Shown here piece by piece: positions 1 to 11,549 of a DNA stretch of 64,000 nt. Each line of letters opens with the position of its first letter. The stretch's first letter is position 1. The stretch lies in contig OZ316893.1 in NCBI GenBank assembly GCA_973895155.1, positions 19,906,857 to 19,970,856 of the forward strand. The letters are read 5' to 3'. This stretch comes from Marsupella aquatica. Its lineage: Eukaryota; Plantae; Marchantiophyta. The notes under the pieces are model-generated. The model was given only the letters and a program-made list of their open reading frames with translations. It did not search any database and was not told the DNA's origin. The position numbers and the translations under genes were made by a program.

Positions 1-431
1 ATGACGCTCTTTTTGGAGATCAAACAGCCCCGCCTCCGGCCCCCATTGGGGAGTCTAGCGAGGTGGTGAGGAGCCCCCGCACCCAGGTTAATGAAGGTCC
101 AACAAGTTTACTCACCCGTCTCTCTTTTCATACTCACCAAACACTCTCACTAGTGAAAGAGATGAGTGCATTTCAGTTGAGATCAGTCACCAGATCTGAG
201 TATTCAATTGGAACCGAGAGTGCCTATTGTAGTTGGCGAGATGTGGAAACAGGTTAGACTAGAACCCCAAAGAGTCATCTGCCCAGACATTATCATACTT
301 AATTCTGCCCGGAAAAAAAATTATGTGGCAAAACTTTTTGGACAGAAGCTTATGAAAATGGTGACACCTAGTATAAAAGGTTACAAACAGGTAATTTTTC
401 TTCCTGACAATAATTAAGTCAGGGTGGGCAG

Positions 432-583
432 ACTGGGGCAAGGTGAGGGTTCACAAACTGCCCGCTGCTGGCTGGTCCTCTAACTTGTCGCTGAACAGGC
501 CGGCCCAACTGGGGCAAGGTGGGGGTTCACAAACTGGGCCTGCTGGCTGGTCCTCTAACTTGTCGCTGAACAGGCCGGCCCAA
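432..583. repeat. Two-copy direct tandem duplication (~76 bp)
   Basis: actggggcaaggt...ggttcacaaactg...gctggctggtcctctaacttgtcgctgaacaggccggcccaa occurs at 432 and 508. Confidence 0.85.
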
Positions 584-798
584 TAGCTGATGGGTGGGAC
601 TTCTCTGAGAGCAACAGTAGTAGGTACTTAGGATGGACACATCTTTTAAGGGACCCCATTTGTACTGGGAGTGGACCTGTAGATATTTTAATAATAATGG
701 ATCCTAAAAATTAAATCCCCAAAGGACCTACAACCAGTTTAGAGGAAATTTGTTTTGTCTATCTTTGTAATACATGATTGTGTTAGAGTAAATTTGTC

Positions 799-923
799 CT
801 CATAACAGGAAAGTTCACCAATAAGCCTTATTGTCTTGTCTGTGAGTCACTGAGCAGTTTGGTACTCATAACAGGAAAAACGCACCAATAAGCCTCATTG
901 TCTTGTCTGTGAGTCACTGAGCC
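799..923. repeat. Two-copy direct duplication (~60 bp)
   Basis: ctcataacaggaaa...caccaataagcctyattgtcttgtctgtgagtcactgagc at ~799 and ~865. Confidence 0.8.
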
Positions 924-1244
924 ACTGGACAGGGCACCAGACTTGATGTACATGAACCTCTCTGAATTTGCACATGTTCTAAGTACTATTTCACATTATA
1001 AATTATTGTTTTCTTGTGCTGTGCACTCTGATCAAGCTAAGGCATATTATAATTACAGTTCTATGTTTAATATCCGCAATAGAATATGTCATGGTGCAAA
1101 AAATATTGTGGAGGAAAAGACATTGTGTAAAAGAAGTGGTACCTTAGGTCAAAGATGTCAATATATAAAAGATGGAGATACACAACTAATGAATAGTGTA
1201 CTTGCTACACATAACAAATACCATACTTGCCTGGGAGGGAACGG

Positions 1245-1562
1245 GAGGAGTAATCACTGGCCCAGATAGTTCACTTTTTGTGGGGTTTCACATATTTATT
1301 TCATTTTAAAGGAGGAGTAATCGATAGTTCACTTTCTGTGGGGTTTCACATATTATTTCAGGTTAAAGGAAGAGGGTTCACTTTCTGTGGGGTTTCACAT
1401 ATTATTTTCATTTTAAAGGAGCAATCACCTAAGAGGTGGGTTTTAAGGAGACTGGTTTCACATATTTATTTCATTTTAAAGGAAGAGAGTTCAGTTTCTG
1501 TGGGGTTTCACATATTATTTCATTTTAAAGGAGTAATCACCTAAGAGGTGGGTTTCAAGGAG
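1245..1562. repeat. Degenerate tandem array (~50-60 bp units), probably TE-internal
   Basis: Repeated gttcactttctgtggggtttcacatattattttcattttaaagga; the tttgtggggtttcaca motif recurs near 35555. Confidence 0.8.
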
Positions 1563-3079
1563 ACTAATCCTTGGAAGTACATTTATGGCATTCAGACTGT
1601 CTGGCGTTGCGGCCATATTATTGTTGCATCCTTGCGGGAATGTGGCCATGGTGTCTTTGGAGTGAGCATGCAAGGGAGTGAGGCAAATGGCAGCAGCTGG
1701 CAGTTTTGCACAGTCCAAACAAAACAGCACAATTAGAGGGAGGTTTTTCCTATAAATTGTTTCTCTTGTTTTCTTTTTTGGTTCTTTTCTAAATGATGTG
1801 GAGCTAAAGTGTTGTGAACCATAAGTGATGGCCACGCGATCAGACTCGGGAGGGAGTGTCCACAACTTGACCTCGCAACTGGATTTGAGAGTGTGTGAGT
1901 TCCAGGGAGAGTGACATGTTGGGTATTAAAAACCAGGAATTAGGCACCTTTTTGTCCATATCATGGTTATGAAAGATGACACCATAATCCAACTGCCATG
2001 GACACTTCCCGCCATAATGACATTCCATAACAAGCAGAATTGCATATTATAGTGTTTACATTGCATCCCTTATCCTGTTGTGTCTCGAGAGCAATCTAGA
2101 AAATTGCAAGCAGGAAGAAATGATGCAAGACATCAGCAGTAGAAGCTCGCTGTCACCATACAAGGCCGATTGCAGGAATCCTTCTGTGTTCACTTGCGAA
2201 GACGAGATCCTCATGTGTAAACGAGGAAAACTTTCCTATGCAACTCCGGATTTGTCACGAGATGAACGAATGGCCATTGCAAATGTCATGGCCAGCTGAT
2301 GATGGGTTGAACCAATCCACTGCAGCTTTTAGCCGAACGTGCCTCAAGAAGGTACTCATAATTCATCTTTCTAGACCGAAGAGGAAGAACAACGGTGCCT
2401 CAAAATCAACATTCGCCAAATATAAAGGTTCAATTCGACAGAACAAGATTCCACACAAGAAGGATGGAGTTACTCTCCTCAACAAATTCATTCGACGTAC
2501 TGTATGGTCGATTGCTTGGAAAAGTTTAAGACAGGTCAAAAATCTAACATCTGCGTTGACCCTCTACAGCTCACAAAGCAAATATGAAACATTTAATGAA
2601 CACTCTTATCCAGTTCCCTTTTTTGAAAGACTATCCAGGATGAGCACGTCACTGGAACAATGAAATATCGCTGTAAAGGGAAGAAAAAAGGGTTGTCAAT
2701 GACATACAGAAAGGGTGAACTCACGTTTTAAGTTGACTCCCTGCTTCTGGTCATTTTCTTCAGCTCACAAGCGTAGAGCCATTTCAGGAAACAAGTAGCT
2801 GTTCCATTTCTAAATTGACTAGTCTTCTAAGACAGCAAATTATGTGAGTATCCTCGGGGGTGTAAAAATCAAGCCCAGTACGAGCCACCTTAATGAGTGA
2901 ACGATATGTACAGTATCGGTTGTACAATGAACTCAGTCCTGCACATCAGATTGCCTCCGAGAACCTGGATAGCAGATAGTGCATGACAAATAAACGACTC
3001 AGGCGTTGAACAATAGCTCGCCATGCAGGACTTGTAGAGTAAAACTTCCTCGCATCAGGCTTTCGTAATTGCTTAGCTA

Positions 3080-4780
3080 CTAGCAGGCCCCGATACCATG
3101 CTTGCAATCCTTCGTGAGATCATTAAATGTTTCAATCCGAGTTTTTGCTTTGAGCAGCACTTCAGTGTCAACTTCTACTCTCATGTAGCCGTCAAACTCC
3201 ACCGGCACTCCACCATTGAGTTCCGTGGTTTCCTTGTACCATTCACTATTATTAGCCCACAGATATTTGAAATCTTCAAGTTGGAAAATTTTCCACTTTC
3301 CTCTCAGCTTGTCAAAGTAATCCTTTTCCATCTCATTGGTAGCGATGTACACATTCCGCCCGTAGCTTATCTCCTGATCCAGCTTGTTCACAATGGCTTC
3401 TGGGGAAGTGTCTGAGTTCAGGTGGGGCCACAGGGCTACATTGTCAACTTTCTGACCTCTCACAACATGCACCGCATCGTACTCCCAGCCCATCTTACCA
3501 CAAATGGCCAACACGATGTCATCGATCCTCCTGGATTTCCACACTGCGTCCCAAGGCCGAGGAAAGGCCTTCTCGGTGTCGCCCTCGCACACTCGGAACC
3601 AGTAATTATTGGGCTCTGGCTGGTCAAAAACCCTCTTCAGCACAGTTCTCTTTTCGTCCTTCAACTCCATGGGAGTGGTCGTGTATCCCACCTCGCGCAC
3701 CTCAACCTTCTGGCGCCGTGACTCCCACAGGCGCGAGTCTTTCAGGAACTGCTTCTTGTCGATGATTGCCAGTGATTCTCTGAGATGCTTATAGTCATAA
3801 TAGAATCGGAAATCCTTCCCTGGCTCATCCTGATGCCCAGGATTGTCTGAGCTTGAGAGGCACACCTCCAGGTCCATCACAAAGGTCCGATTCAAGTACC
3901 GTGCCTCTCCCAGGCCGCACAGCAGGCTCCACATGTAATGGCTCATGCTTTTGCAGTAATCACCACCGCGTTCATAGTACAAATACTTCCCTTCTAGAAA
4001 CGACTTTTCGGTTATTTCCACTATTCCATCATTGGGCAAGGCAGCTCCTAGTTCAGCACTCTGTACATCAGGAGAAGTTGAACTCTTCGCAGGGACATCT
4101 TTATCACCTTCAGCAGGGAAAGGTTTTTTGTGTCTGGTGGGCCGCGCATTCACACCCGTGTGCCAATCACCCACGGTGACTACTTCGAAATCACATGTGC
4201 TCAAAACAGAGAGGGCGTATCGGCGAAAATCTCGAAATAAACGCGGAGATCCGTCCTTACTCGACCGGTACGTCCAAGCAACATCGCATTCCCTGTCTGA
4301 GGAGCCCCGCACTGGGTTCACATAAGAGTAGAACTCGAGAGATCTGAACAACTGCAAATTATGCTTTTCGATGGCGAAGAGCACCCCCGGTGCTGAACAA
4401 TTGACGGGACTGTTCACATCGCAGACCCCTGTGGAATTCAGCCGAGCGGACACCACTTCTTCCTCCACAAAAGACTCGTTAATGGCACCCGGGAGTTGGG
4501 CGGTGGAGACACCCGGGGCATCCTCCGCCGTGATGATGACCGACTCGTCACCCTCGTAAGTCGCATTCTTATCCTTCAGGAGTTTAGTCAAAGACCTGGC
4601 GGACTCGAGCCATGGATCAGGGGGCTGGTAAGTCACAGCTATCACGGTGAAGGTGAGCACGATGATAACGAAAGTAGCAAAGCACACATTGGTAGCGATC
4701 CTCACCGCCTGCTGCCCATACAGATCGGGATTCAAGACTTCACCCCAAGTCAGAGGCTCCTCGCCCTCTTCTTTCATCAT
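3080..4780 (-). CDS. SUB1-like (Arabidopsis At4g08810/At2g04280/At4g12700 family) type II membrane protein, O-fucosyltransferase-like fold; single coding exon
   Basis: Long ORF with one N-terminal TM (ATNVCFATFVIIVLTFTVIAVTYQPPDPWL). Family motifs: YLYYERGGDYCKSMSHYMWSLLCGLGEARYLNRTFVMDL, GKDFRFYYD, YDAVHVVRG, FDGYMRVEVDTEV, ETFNDLTKDCKHG. First ATG at 4780 follows a splice acceptor (ttgtatcag) at ~4812, implying a 5' UTR intron. Confidence 0.9.
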   Translation of the reverse strand: MMKEEGEEPLTWGEVLNPDLYGQQAVRIATNVCFATFVIIVLTFTVIAVTYQPPDPWLESARSLTKLLKDKNATYEGDESVIITAEDAPGVSTAQLPGAINESFVEEEVVSARLNSTGVCDVNSPVNCSAPGVLFAIEKHNLQLFRSLEFYSYVNPVRGSSDRECDVAWTYRSSKDGSPRLFRDFRRYALSVLSTCDFEVVTVGDWHTGVNARPTRHKKPFPAEGDKDVPAKSSTSPDVQSAELGAALPNDGIVEITEKSFLEGKYLYYERGGDYCKSMSHYMWSLLCGLGEARYLNRTFVMDLEVCLSSSDNPGHQDEPGKDFRFYYDYKHLRESLAIIDKKQFLKDSRLWESRRQKVEVREVGYTTTPMELKDEKRTVLKRVFDQPEPNNYWFRVCEGDTEKAFPRPWDAVWKSRRIDDIVLAICGKMGWEYDAVHVVRGQKVDNVALWPHLNSDTSPEAIVNKLDQEISYGRNVYIATNEMEKDYFDKLRGKWKIFQLEDFKYLWANNSEWYKETTELNGGVPVEFDGYMRVEVDTEVLLKAKTRIETFNDLTKDCKHGIGAC

Positions 4781-6223
4781 TGCACTCACCAACCACGGGA
4801 TTCTGGATCACCTGATACAAAATAATAGACAAACATGGTCAGTCAGGTAGGCTAAAATTGAGCCTTTCGCTCCAACCCCTGCAAGAAACTGGAAGGAAAG
4901 GAGAGTTCATCATTGGGGTACATTGTCTAGGAGATGTGACAACATTGACATGGCCTTTCCAGCTGCACGAAATAATTCCGCAGGACAAATGATGAGACGG
5001 AAGAGACCCAAACGCAATTATTCCATATTCGCAAATAAGCCGGGCATAAGAAAATGGAAATGGCGGAATCGGCTTTTCGGGAAAAACGCACGCCCATTAC
5101 GCGCAATATAGAATCGTGCTACTTCCTTCCTTCCTTCCTCACAGTAGAGAGTGAGCGACACAAACATCAGAATTGTTGAAAGAGAAAGAAATGTGAATGC
5201 AATGAATACTGGAGCGGATCTATTAGGCACAGACAAAGTCCGAGAATGGAGGAGGAACACATCGATTTGGCGATGCATAGATGCGAAGATCAGAACCAGT
5301 CTTACCTACAGTCAGTGCATTTTGAGCATAGATCCGGTGGACAGGGAATATCGCAACCAACCTGTGTCTCTTGAAACACTTGAGCCAAGAAGAGCCGACG
5401 ACCATGACTCCACAGCAAATGCAGCTCGCCACGTCTCACCACGTCTCGCAAAACCACACCAATCTCATCGAGTTGGACCCGTGGACAGTGCAAAAACCCT
5501 TGCCCAACAAATCCCGGCGTGTCTAGAAGTTTCCGTCTCACCACCCTGAACTGATTGACCTAAGGACGCGCAATTCGGTTGATCAACTAAAGCCAGGGTA
5601 AGAAGGCGATTGGCATTTCCAGAGAAAAGACGTCATGACCCGCCCGCATCAATGTGGACTTGGATGAATTGACTGTCGTAAAAGAAGTGACGAATCACCG
5701 AAAATCCACGCCACGGACAGTCTGGCCTTACATTAGAATCACAAGGTCACAGTATCGATACCTGCTACGCGTCACCCCAACCCAACCCTGCGACTACGCA
5801 AATCATTGGCCGATGGCGATCACAAGGGCCTCAGCAATCCAGGACAACGTTCTGCTGAGGACGAGAACCAATGCCAGTGAAAACCAAGAACAGAGCTCCG
5901 CTCAGCACACAATGCCATCACAAATCAAGAAACGACTCATTCTGAGAACAACAGACATCAGTCGTTCCAGAGGCAGAGCCGAACCACGATTCCCTCGAGC
6001 GGACGATATCTTGAGCTCAGAAATCGACGCAAAATGCACCGCGAGCTCCTAAACCCTCCCCGAAACAAGAAAGTGGGCACTGTCCTCGGCGAGTGACAGT
6101 CCCCACGAAAGATCTCGTAATCCGCACAGATCAGTTCCTCGTGGGAGACCTCGTGGGAAACGACTCAAAGGCAGAAGATCTGGAGCAAAATATCTTCAAC
6201 GAAGCCATATCTCTTGCTGGAAT

Positions 6224-6250
6224 GAAGAGAGAGAGAGAGAGAGAGAGAGA
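6224..6250. repeat. (GA)n microsatellite, probably in the 5' UTR/leader of the SUB1-like gene
   Basis: gaagagagagagagagagagagagaga; reads as a CT repeat on the gene strand. Confidence 0.8.
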
Positions 6251-6674
6251 GCCGGACAAGGGTGGAGAAGCGGGAGAAATCGATCCGCTCAAGAATCGCA
6301 AGAACGCGCGAGGGATCATGAGGCATTCAGGTGGTCCACCAAGCTGGGCATTAGTCTGTTGAGGCGAGTACTGCTCTACTACTGTACTGTTGTACTCGGC
6401 ACTTCGCCTCATGAGAGGCCTCTGCCCTCCTCCCTCGAGAAACGATGGAAACTATGGAAAGCGTCCTGAGGCTATGGAGAACAATCAGTGACCGTCCTGT
6501 CAAAGTAAAGTGGTGATCTGTGAGTGTGTTGTCGAACAGGGACGAGAAATGTCAAAGTCATCCAAAAGGTGATTTGAAGCTCCATAATGCTCTCTGTGAT
6601 TTTTCACTTTGTGACGCTAGGTGCTTTAATGGCGAAATATTGCACACACCAGATTTCCATTGGACACTATGAAA

Positions 6675-8461
6675 CACAGAGGGTTAAATCAATACAGCAT
6701 TAAGGCTCCCAACCTTCTTGGGGCCGTACCCTGCCCATCACAAAGCCCAAACCTGCCATCACAAATCCCAAAGCCCAAAGCTGTTGCCCGCAAATCCGCT
6801 TGACTATCAATCACCATTTTGGCGGACTCTAAATGTATTAGCCCCTGATCCGTCGACAGACAGAAAAGTTCCATTCTTTTTGAATTTGATGCGTTGTAGG
6901 ACGCGGGACATGCCTAGCCTTGAATGCCCACGGCTCCTTCTATTTTTGTCCCTTGTTATAATTCTGAGTTTTTGTCATTGTGGTTCGTTATTTGCATTCG
7001 TGTGACTGTTCTGGCAGCCCCGCTTTTGCGTAACTATAAGGGTTGTTGCGTTTGTGTGACTGTTCTGGCAGCTCTGCAATCACCCAGCTATAAGGGTTGT
7101 CACAATTGTGCACCTATGTTTGTTGCTTGCATTCGTATGACTATTTTGGCAGCCCCTCGTAATCACTCCAGCTGTAACGGTACGGTTGTTGCGTTCGAGT
7201 GACTATTCTGGCAACCCCACGTTTACGCAGCTATAAAGGTTGCTGCATTTGTGTGACTGTTCTGGCAGCCCTACATTGTGAAGCTATAAGAGTTGTCGCA
7301 TTTTTTTACTATTCTGGCAGCCCTACATTGTGAAGCTATAAGAGTTGTCGCATTTTTTTACTATTCTGGCAGCCTTGTGTTTGTGAGCTATGATCTGTTT
7401 CTCGTGTTTGTGTGGTTGTTCTGGCATATCAGGATTCTTTGCACAGTTGACGGCCATTGTCCTCCTCACATTCAACCAATGAGAAATACACTTGCATTTG
7501 TGCGACTATTCTAGTGTCCACTTATTTGCGCACACAGGAGGTGAAGTATGTTTCACATGAGTCAGTCAATAGCTACATAACTTATATTTACTTCTAAAGG
7601 GCTCTTAATAAAAAGTGTTGTGTCTAGTCATTGTGCACCATGAAGCCTCCTCATCAAGGATACATTGAGGTCAATGTTGGTGTTTATGACTACATCCTTA
7701 GCACCACCTCCAAGGTTTATGACATGAGTAGGAAGTGGTTGAGGGAACTGATTTGTTGTCCCTACGTGGCCGTCTACCTTCCTTATATTCCCTGCCTAAC
7801 CTACTCAGATGCTGCCTGATACATTCCCAAACCACTTTGCGCTTGGATAGTAGTGCACATGGCGTTGAGCCATCCTCCTCCTGCCATTCAAGAAAGTCGC
7901 TAAGTTACCACTTCTTCAATTAGTTTTTTCACACAGGATAGAACAGAAATTGGAACACACAAAAAATATAGAACTTACCATATTGGTAATTTGAGACGAA
8001 GTTGCTTGTTCCCTTGCTTTTGTTGTCCTCAAAGCCATAGTCCTCCTTCCTCTCTTCCCGCCGTGGTAAATGTCCACCCTTATAGTTGTGCAAACGCAGG
8101 GTTACCAGAACAGTCACACAAATGCGACAATTCTTACAGCTGTGCAAATGCAGGGCTGCCAGAATAGTCACACGAATGCAAGCAACAAACCACAATGACA
8201 AAAACTGTAAATTAAAACAAGGGACGAAAACAGAGGGAGACGTGGGCGTTCAAGGCTAGGCATGTCCTGCGGTCTAAGGGCATCAAATTCGAAAAGAACC
8301 AAACTTTTCCGTCCGTTGATGGATCGGGGGCTAACACATTTAGAGTCTGCCAGAACGGTGATTGACGGTCAAGCACGTAGCAGCTTTGGGATTTGTGACG
8401 GGCAGGGTACGGGCCCCAAGAAGGTTGGGGAGCCTTAATGCGGTGTTGATTTAACCTGGTG
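6675..8461. mobile_element. Non-autonomous long-TIR DNA transposon (MULE/foldback-like)
   Basis: ~400-bp imperfect inverted arms (ggttaaatcaatacagcattaaggctcccaaccttcttggggccgtaccctgccc at 6682; reverse complement ends near 8457). Flanking direct repeat (a)ctatgaaa at 6666-6674 and (t)ctatgaaa at 8462-8470. Internal ~53-bp subrepeats (gtgactgttctggcagccc...ctataagggttg). No transposase ORF. Confidence 0.85.
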
Positions 8462-8988
8462 TCTATGAAACTTCAATCAATGATGAAGTAGTTCTATGAA
8501 AAAGCAACTCAGGCCTTTGAGTGCATTCAATCTATCTTACAAGCGGGCTTACAAGGGTCTTGTGGGCAATTGGTTTGTGGACTCTCACTCATAAGGAAGC
8601 TAATATATATTCTCTCTTTTCCGTTACTTTTTTATTTAGAGTACATACATTGCAATGTCAAAGTTGACATCAAAACATTCAGAACATATTATCACAAAAT
8701 TATTTTGAGGCTTTGCAAGCACTCTTGAATATTTTAGTAGTAAGGTACAAGTTTTGTTAGACAAACCAAAATACTACAATAGTAATTGTTGTTGGCAGGG
8801 AATTACTTAGCTAAATCTAATCGAGTCAAGAGACCAAGACCAAGTACTAGCAAAGTTTGCCAAGATCTGCCTTTTGCTGTAACTATATTTTCCTGATCTG
8901 ATGGTTGTCCCTTAGCTGTAGCTAGATTCACCAGATCTGATGGCTGCCAGGACAGATCCACCTTAACTTAATGATATTTATAAGTAGA

Positions 8989-9800
8989 CTAGCTCAATAC
9001 CCGTGCATTGCACAAAATATGTCGTTTCAGCCAAGATGTTATTGAGAAAAAATATTTCATGTCGCCCAAGATGTCGTGAAGAGAAAAGATGTCATGAAGG
9101 AAAAAAATGTTGCGTCTCCCAAAATGTCATGAAAAAAAAGATGTCGTGTTGCCCAAGATGTTGTGAAGAAAAATGATGTCGTGTCACCCAAGATATCGTG
9201 AAGAGAAAAGATGTTGTGTCACCCAAGATGTCATGAAGCTTATTGTCTTGGCTTTGGCTGTCCCAATGCCAAGACCCCTTGGGGCAACGAAATGGCTTGG
9301 CTGCCTTTTCTCTGAGAAAATGAGGGTTACATCTCAAGTTTTGGGTAGTTATTGTTTTATTATACACAGCCCAATGCCTTTGTGTTGCAAAAAAGATGTT
9401 GAGGTGACGAAAAGGTTTCAAGGTGAAAGAGATGCTGAGGTGAGGAAAAGAAGTCGATGTGAAAAGAAATTCATGAGAGAAGGAGATGTCAAGGCGAGGA
9501 AAAGATTTAAAGATGAGAAAAAGATATCAAGGAGAGAAAAAATGTTGAGGTGAGGGAGATGTTGTGGTGAGCTGCATATGTCAAGGTGAGAAAAAGGTAA
9601 GAGGTTGAGGTGAAAAAATATGTAAAGATGAATAAAAGATTTTGAGGAGAAAAAATGTTGAGGGTGACCAAAAATAGTTGTGACAAGATAAAGATGTAAT
9701 ATGAGAAAAAAATAGCGAGATGAGTAAAGATGTCAAGGTAAGGTAAAGTTGTGGTGATGTTCAATAAACCGTGCGTTGCACATAGAAATTGGGAGACACA
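8989..9800 (-). mobile_element. Helitron-like non-autonomous element, 3' portion with ~20-bp minisatellite
   Basis: Minus strand ends gtgcaatgcac (hairpin) gggtattgag CTAG|T at 8989. Internal repeats such as cccaagatgtcgtgaagagaaaagatg and gaaaaagatgtcaaggtga. 5' TC end not located. Confidence 0.6.
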
Positions 9801-11549
9801 AGATAATGTGGAGTGCTTGTAGGTCTTTTAAACATTGAAATAAATAACAATTTATAAATTTTATTTATATTCAAGTTTTTCCAAAATTTTAAAATTAATA
9901 TCCAATTTCTAAAATTCCAGTTTTAGTAATTACATTTTTCAATTAAATTTTCATCTTGGCCAGGTTTGGGCAGGAGGCAATTGAGATTTAGAGGGGTATG
10001 GATGGATCTGACGACTATATTAGGAGAATAAAATTTTAATAAAGGGTTACTATTAATTCACATTTTTTATTCAGTTTGTAAAGGGAAGTCTACTTGACCC
10101 TAGTGCATTGATAGAGTCCCTCCTCAGTTTCTTTGTCTTGTGTGATCTCTTCTTGCTTGGAAACCGTGCCCTGCATTTTCATTCATACTAAATTAAATGT
10201 TCATTTTGCTTTATTCCTTATCTTTGCTTAGAAAGTTTTATGTTTGTCATTTAAAGTACACTGCAAATTTGAAAGACGACCACTCTATAAAATGGCACAC
10301 CCTTGTATTATAGGAGTAAATAATAGGTGGGTCCCACATGTTTACCCTCCTAGATCCTTGAGGCACTTGCTTGATCAACTCTGTTAAAAAAATACAAAAA
10401 GAAATTACTTACTATTGGAATTTGGGGGAGGCTCAATTTTTTTAAAAAAATTTTGAGGTAAGTTGGGAATTGGATTGAGATTGAAATGATATACCAGCCA
10501 ATCCAATTCAGCACTCCTCTCAAAATTTGCCACAATCTAAATGGAAGGGTTGTGGGAACACATTAGAGAGAAATAAGTTTAATGTGAAAGATCAACAAAT
10601 TCACTATCGATCCTTATCTTATCCTCATGATTAACCAACCAGTACATCAAACCTTATGTGGACAGGTAGACAAGTAGAAGTAGAAAATCAAAGCCATCGC
10701 AGCAGGGTAGCAATGAGGTGAGCTTGCCAGTTCTTGAATCCATAGAGTAAGCAACTGGAGCCAATACCATTCAATCAACCAATCAGCTACATAAAATCTG
10801 CATTTTTATCTTATGGGTTACATTTGAACAAGATTGTGGCATTATCTTATGAGCATTGAACTGAAGCACAAGGAAGAGAGAATCAGCACCTAAAAAGTTG
10901 TGGATGGCAAATTCATCAACATGCAGCTTATGCAGATCAACTGTATCATACACTTGGATGGAGCTGGCCTACCAAAGAGTGTCAAGGCCTTCAACCGGCT
11001 TCATGAGCTCCTTGGCAAACCCTAAACATGCTTGAAAGCACCACAGCATATACTAGGTGACACCGGACTTCCCAAAAGAAAAGATGGAGATAAGAGGTTT
11101 GGACAATGTGGGACCGGACTCATGCCCCCACACTCCACCTGGTGCCTCAAGGACTGGAATTGGTGGACTAGGAGATCATGCACAAGAGCCTATAGAGGCA
11201 TTCATCACTCTTCGGAGAGAGTCTGACAACAGTCCTCCTATTGATGTGGACCAGACCAATGTAAAAAACTGAATCAGCAATTTAATCTGCCACTGATAGT
11301 GTTTTCAATATGACTGAAATGAGAATAGGTTTAGCATTCCAGCCATTAAGCATGGAGGCCTTGGATAAGCTACACCTCAATCCTTGGCCTAGTTGAAAGA
11401 CACAGGGGCGCTTCTTGATGTTTGTCATAAAGGTTATGAGTATGTGCATGGCTATCAAGGGACAATCGTAATTTTCAATCAGCACCACTTGGTTGCAAAG
11501 TTGCTAGAGCTGGGGTTGTGTAAGAGAATGTGTTTTGCTGATATTGTAG

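Noticed and set aside
2078-2663. Overlapping 73-aa and 141-aa ORFs
   Set aside because: No recognisable motifs or splice structure; they lie antisense just downstream of the SUB1-like gene
3098-4850. Several plus-strand ORFs
   Set aside because: Antisense shadows of the SUB1-like CDS
6960-7380. Regularly spaced ~53-bp repeats resembling a CRISPR array
   Set aside because: Whole units are homologous with no unique spacers, there are no cas genes, the context is eukaryotic, and the repeats lie within a TE arm
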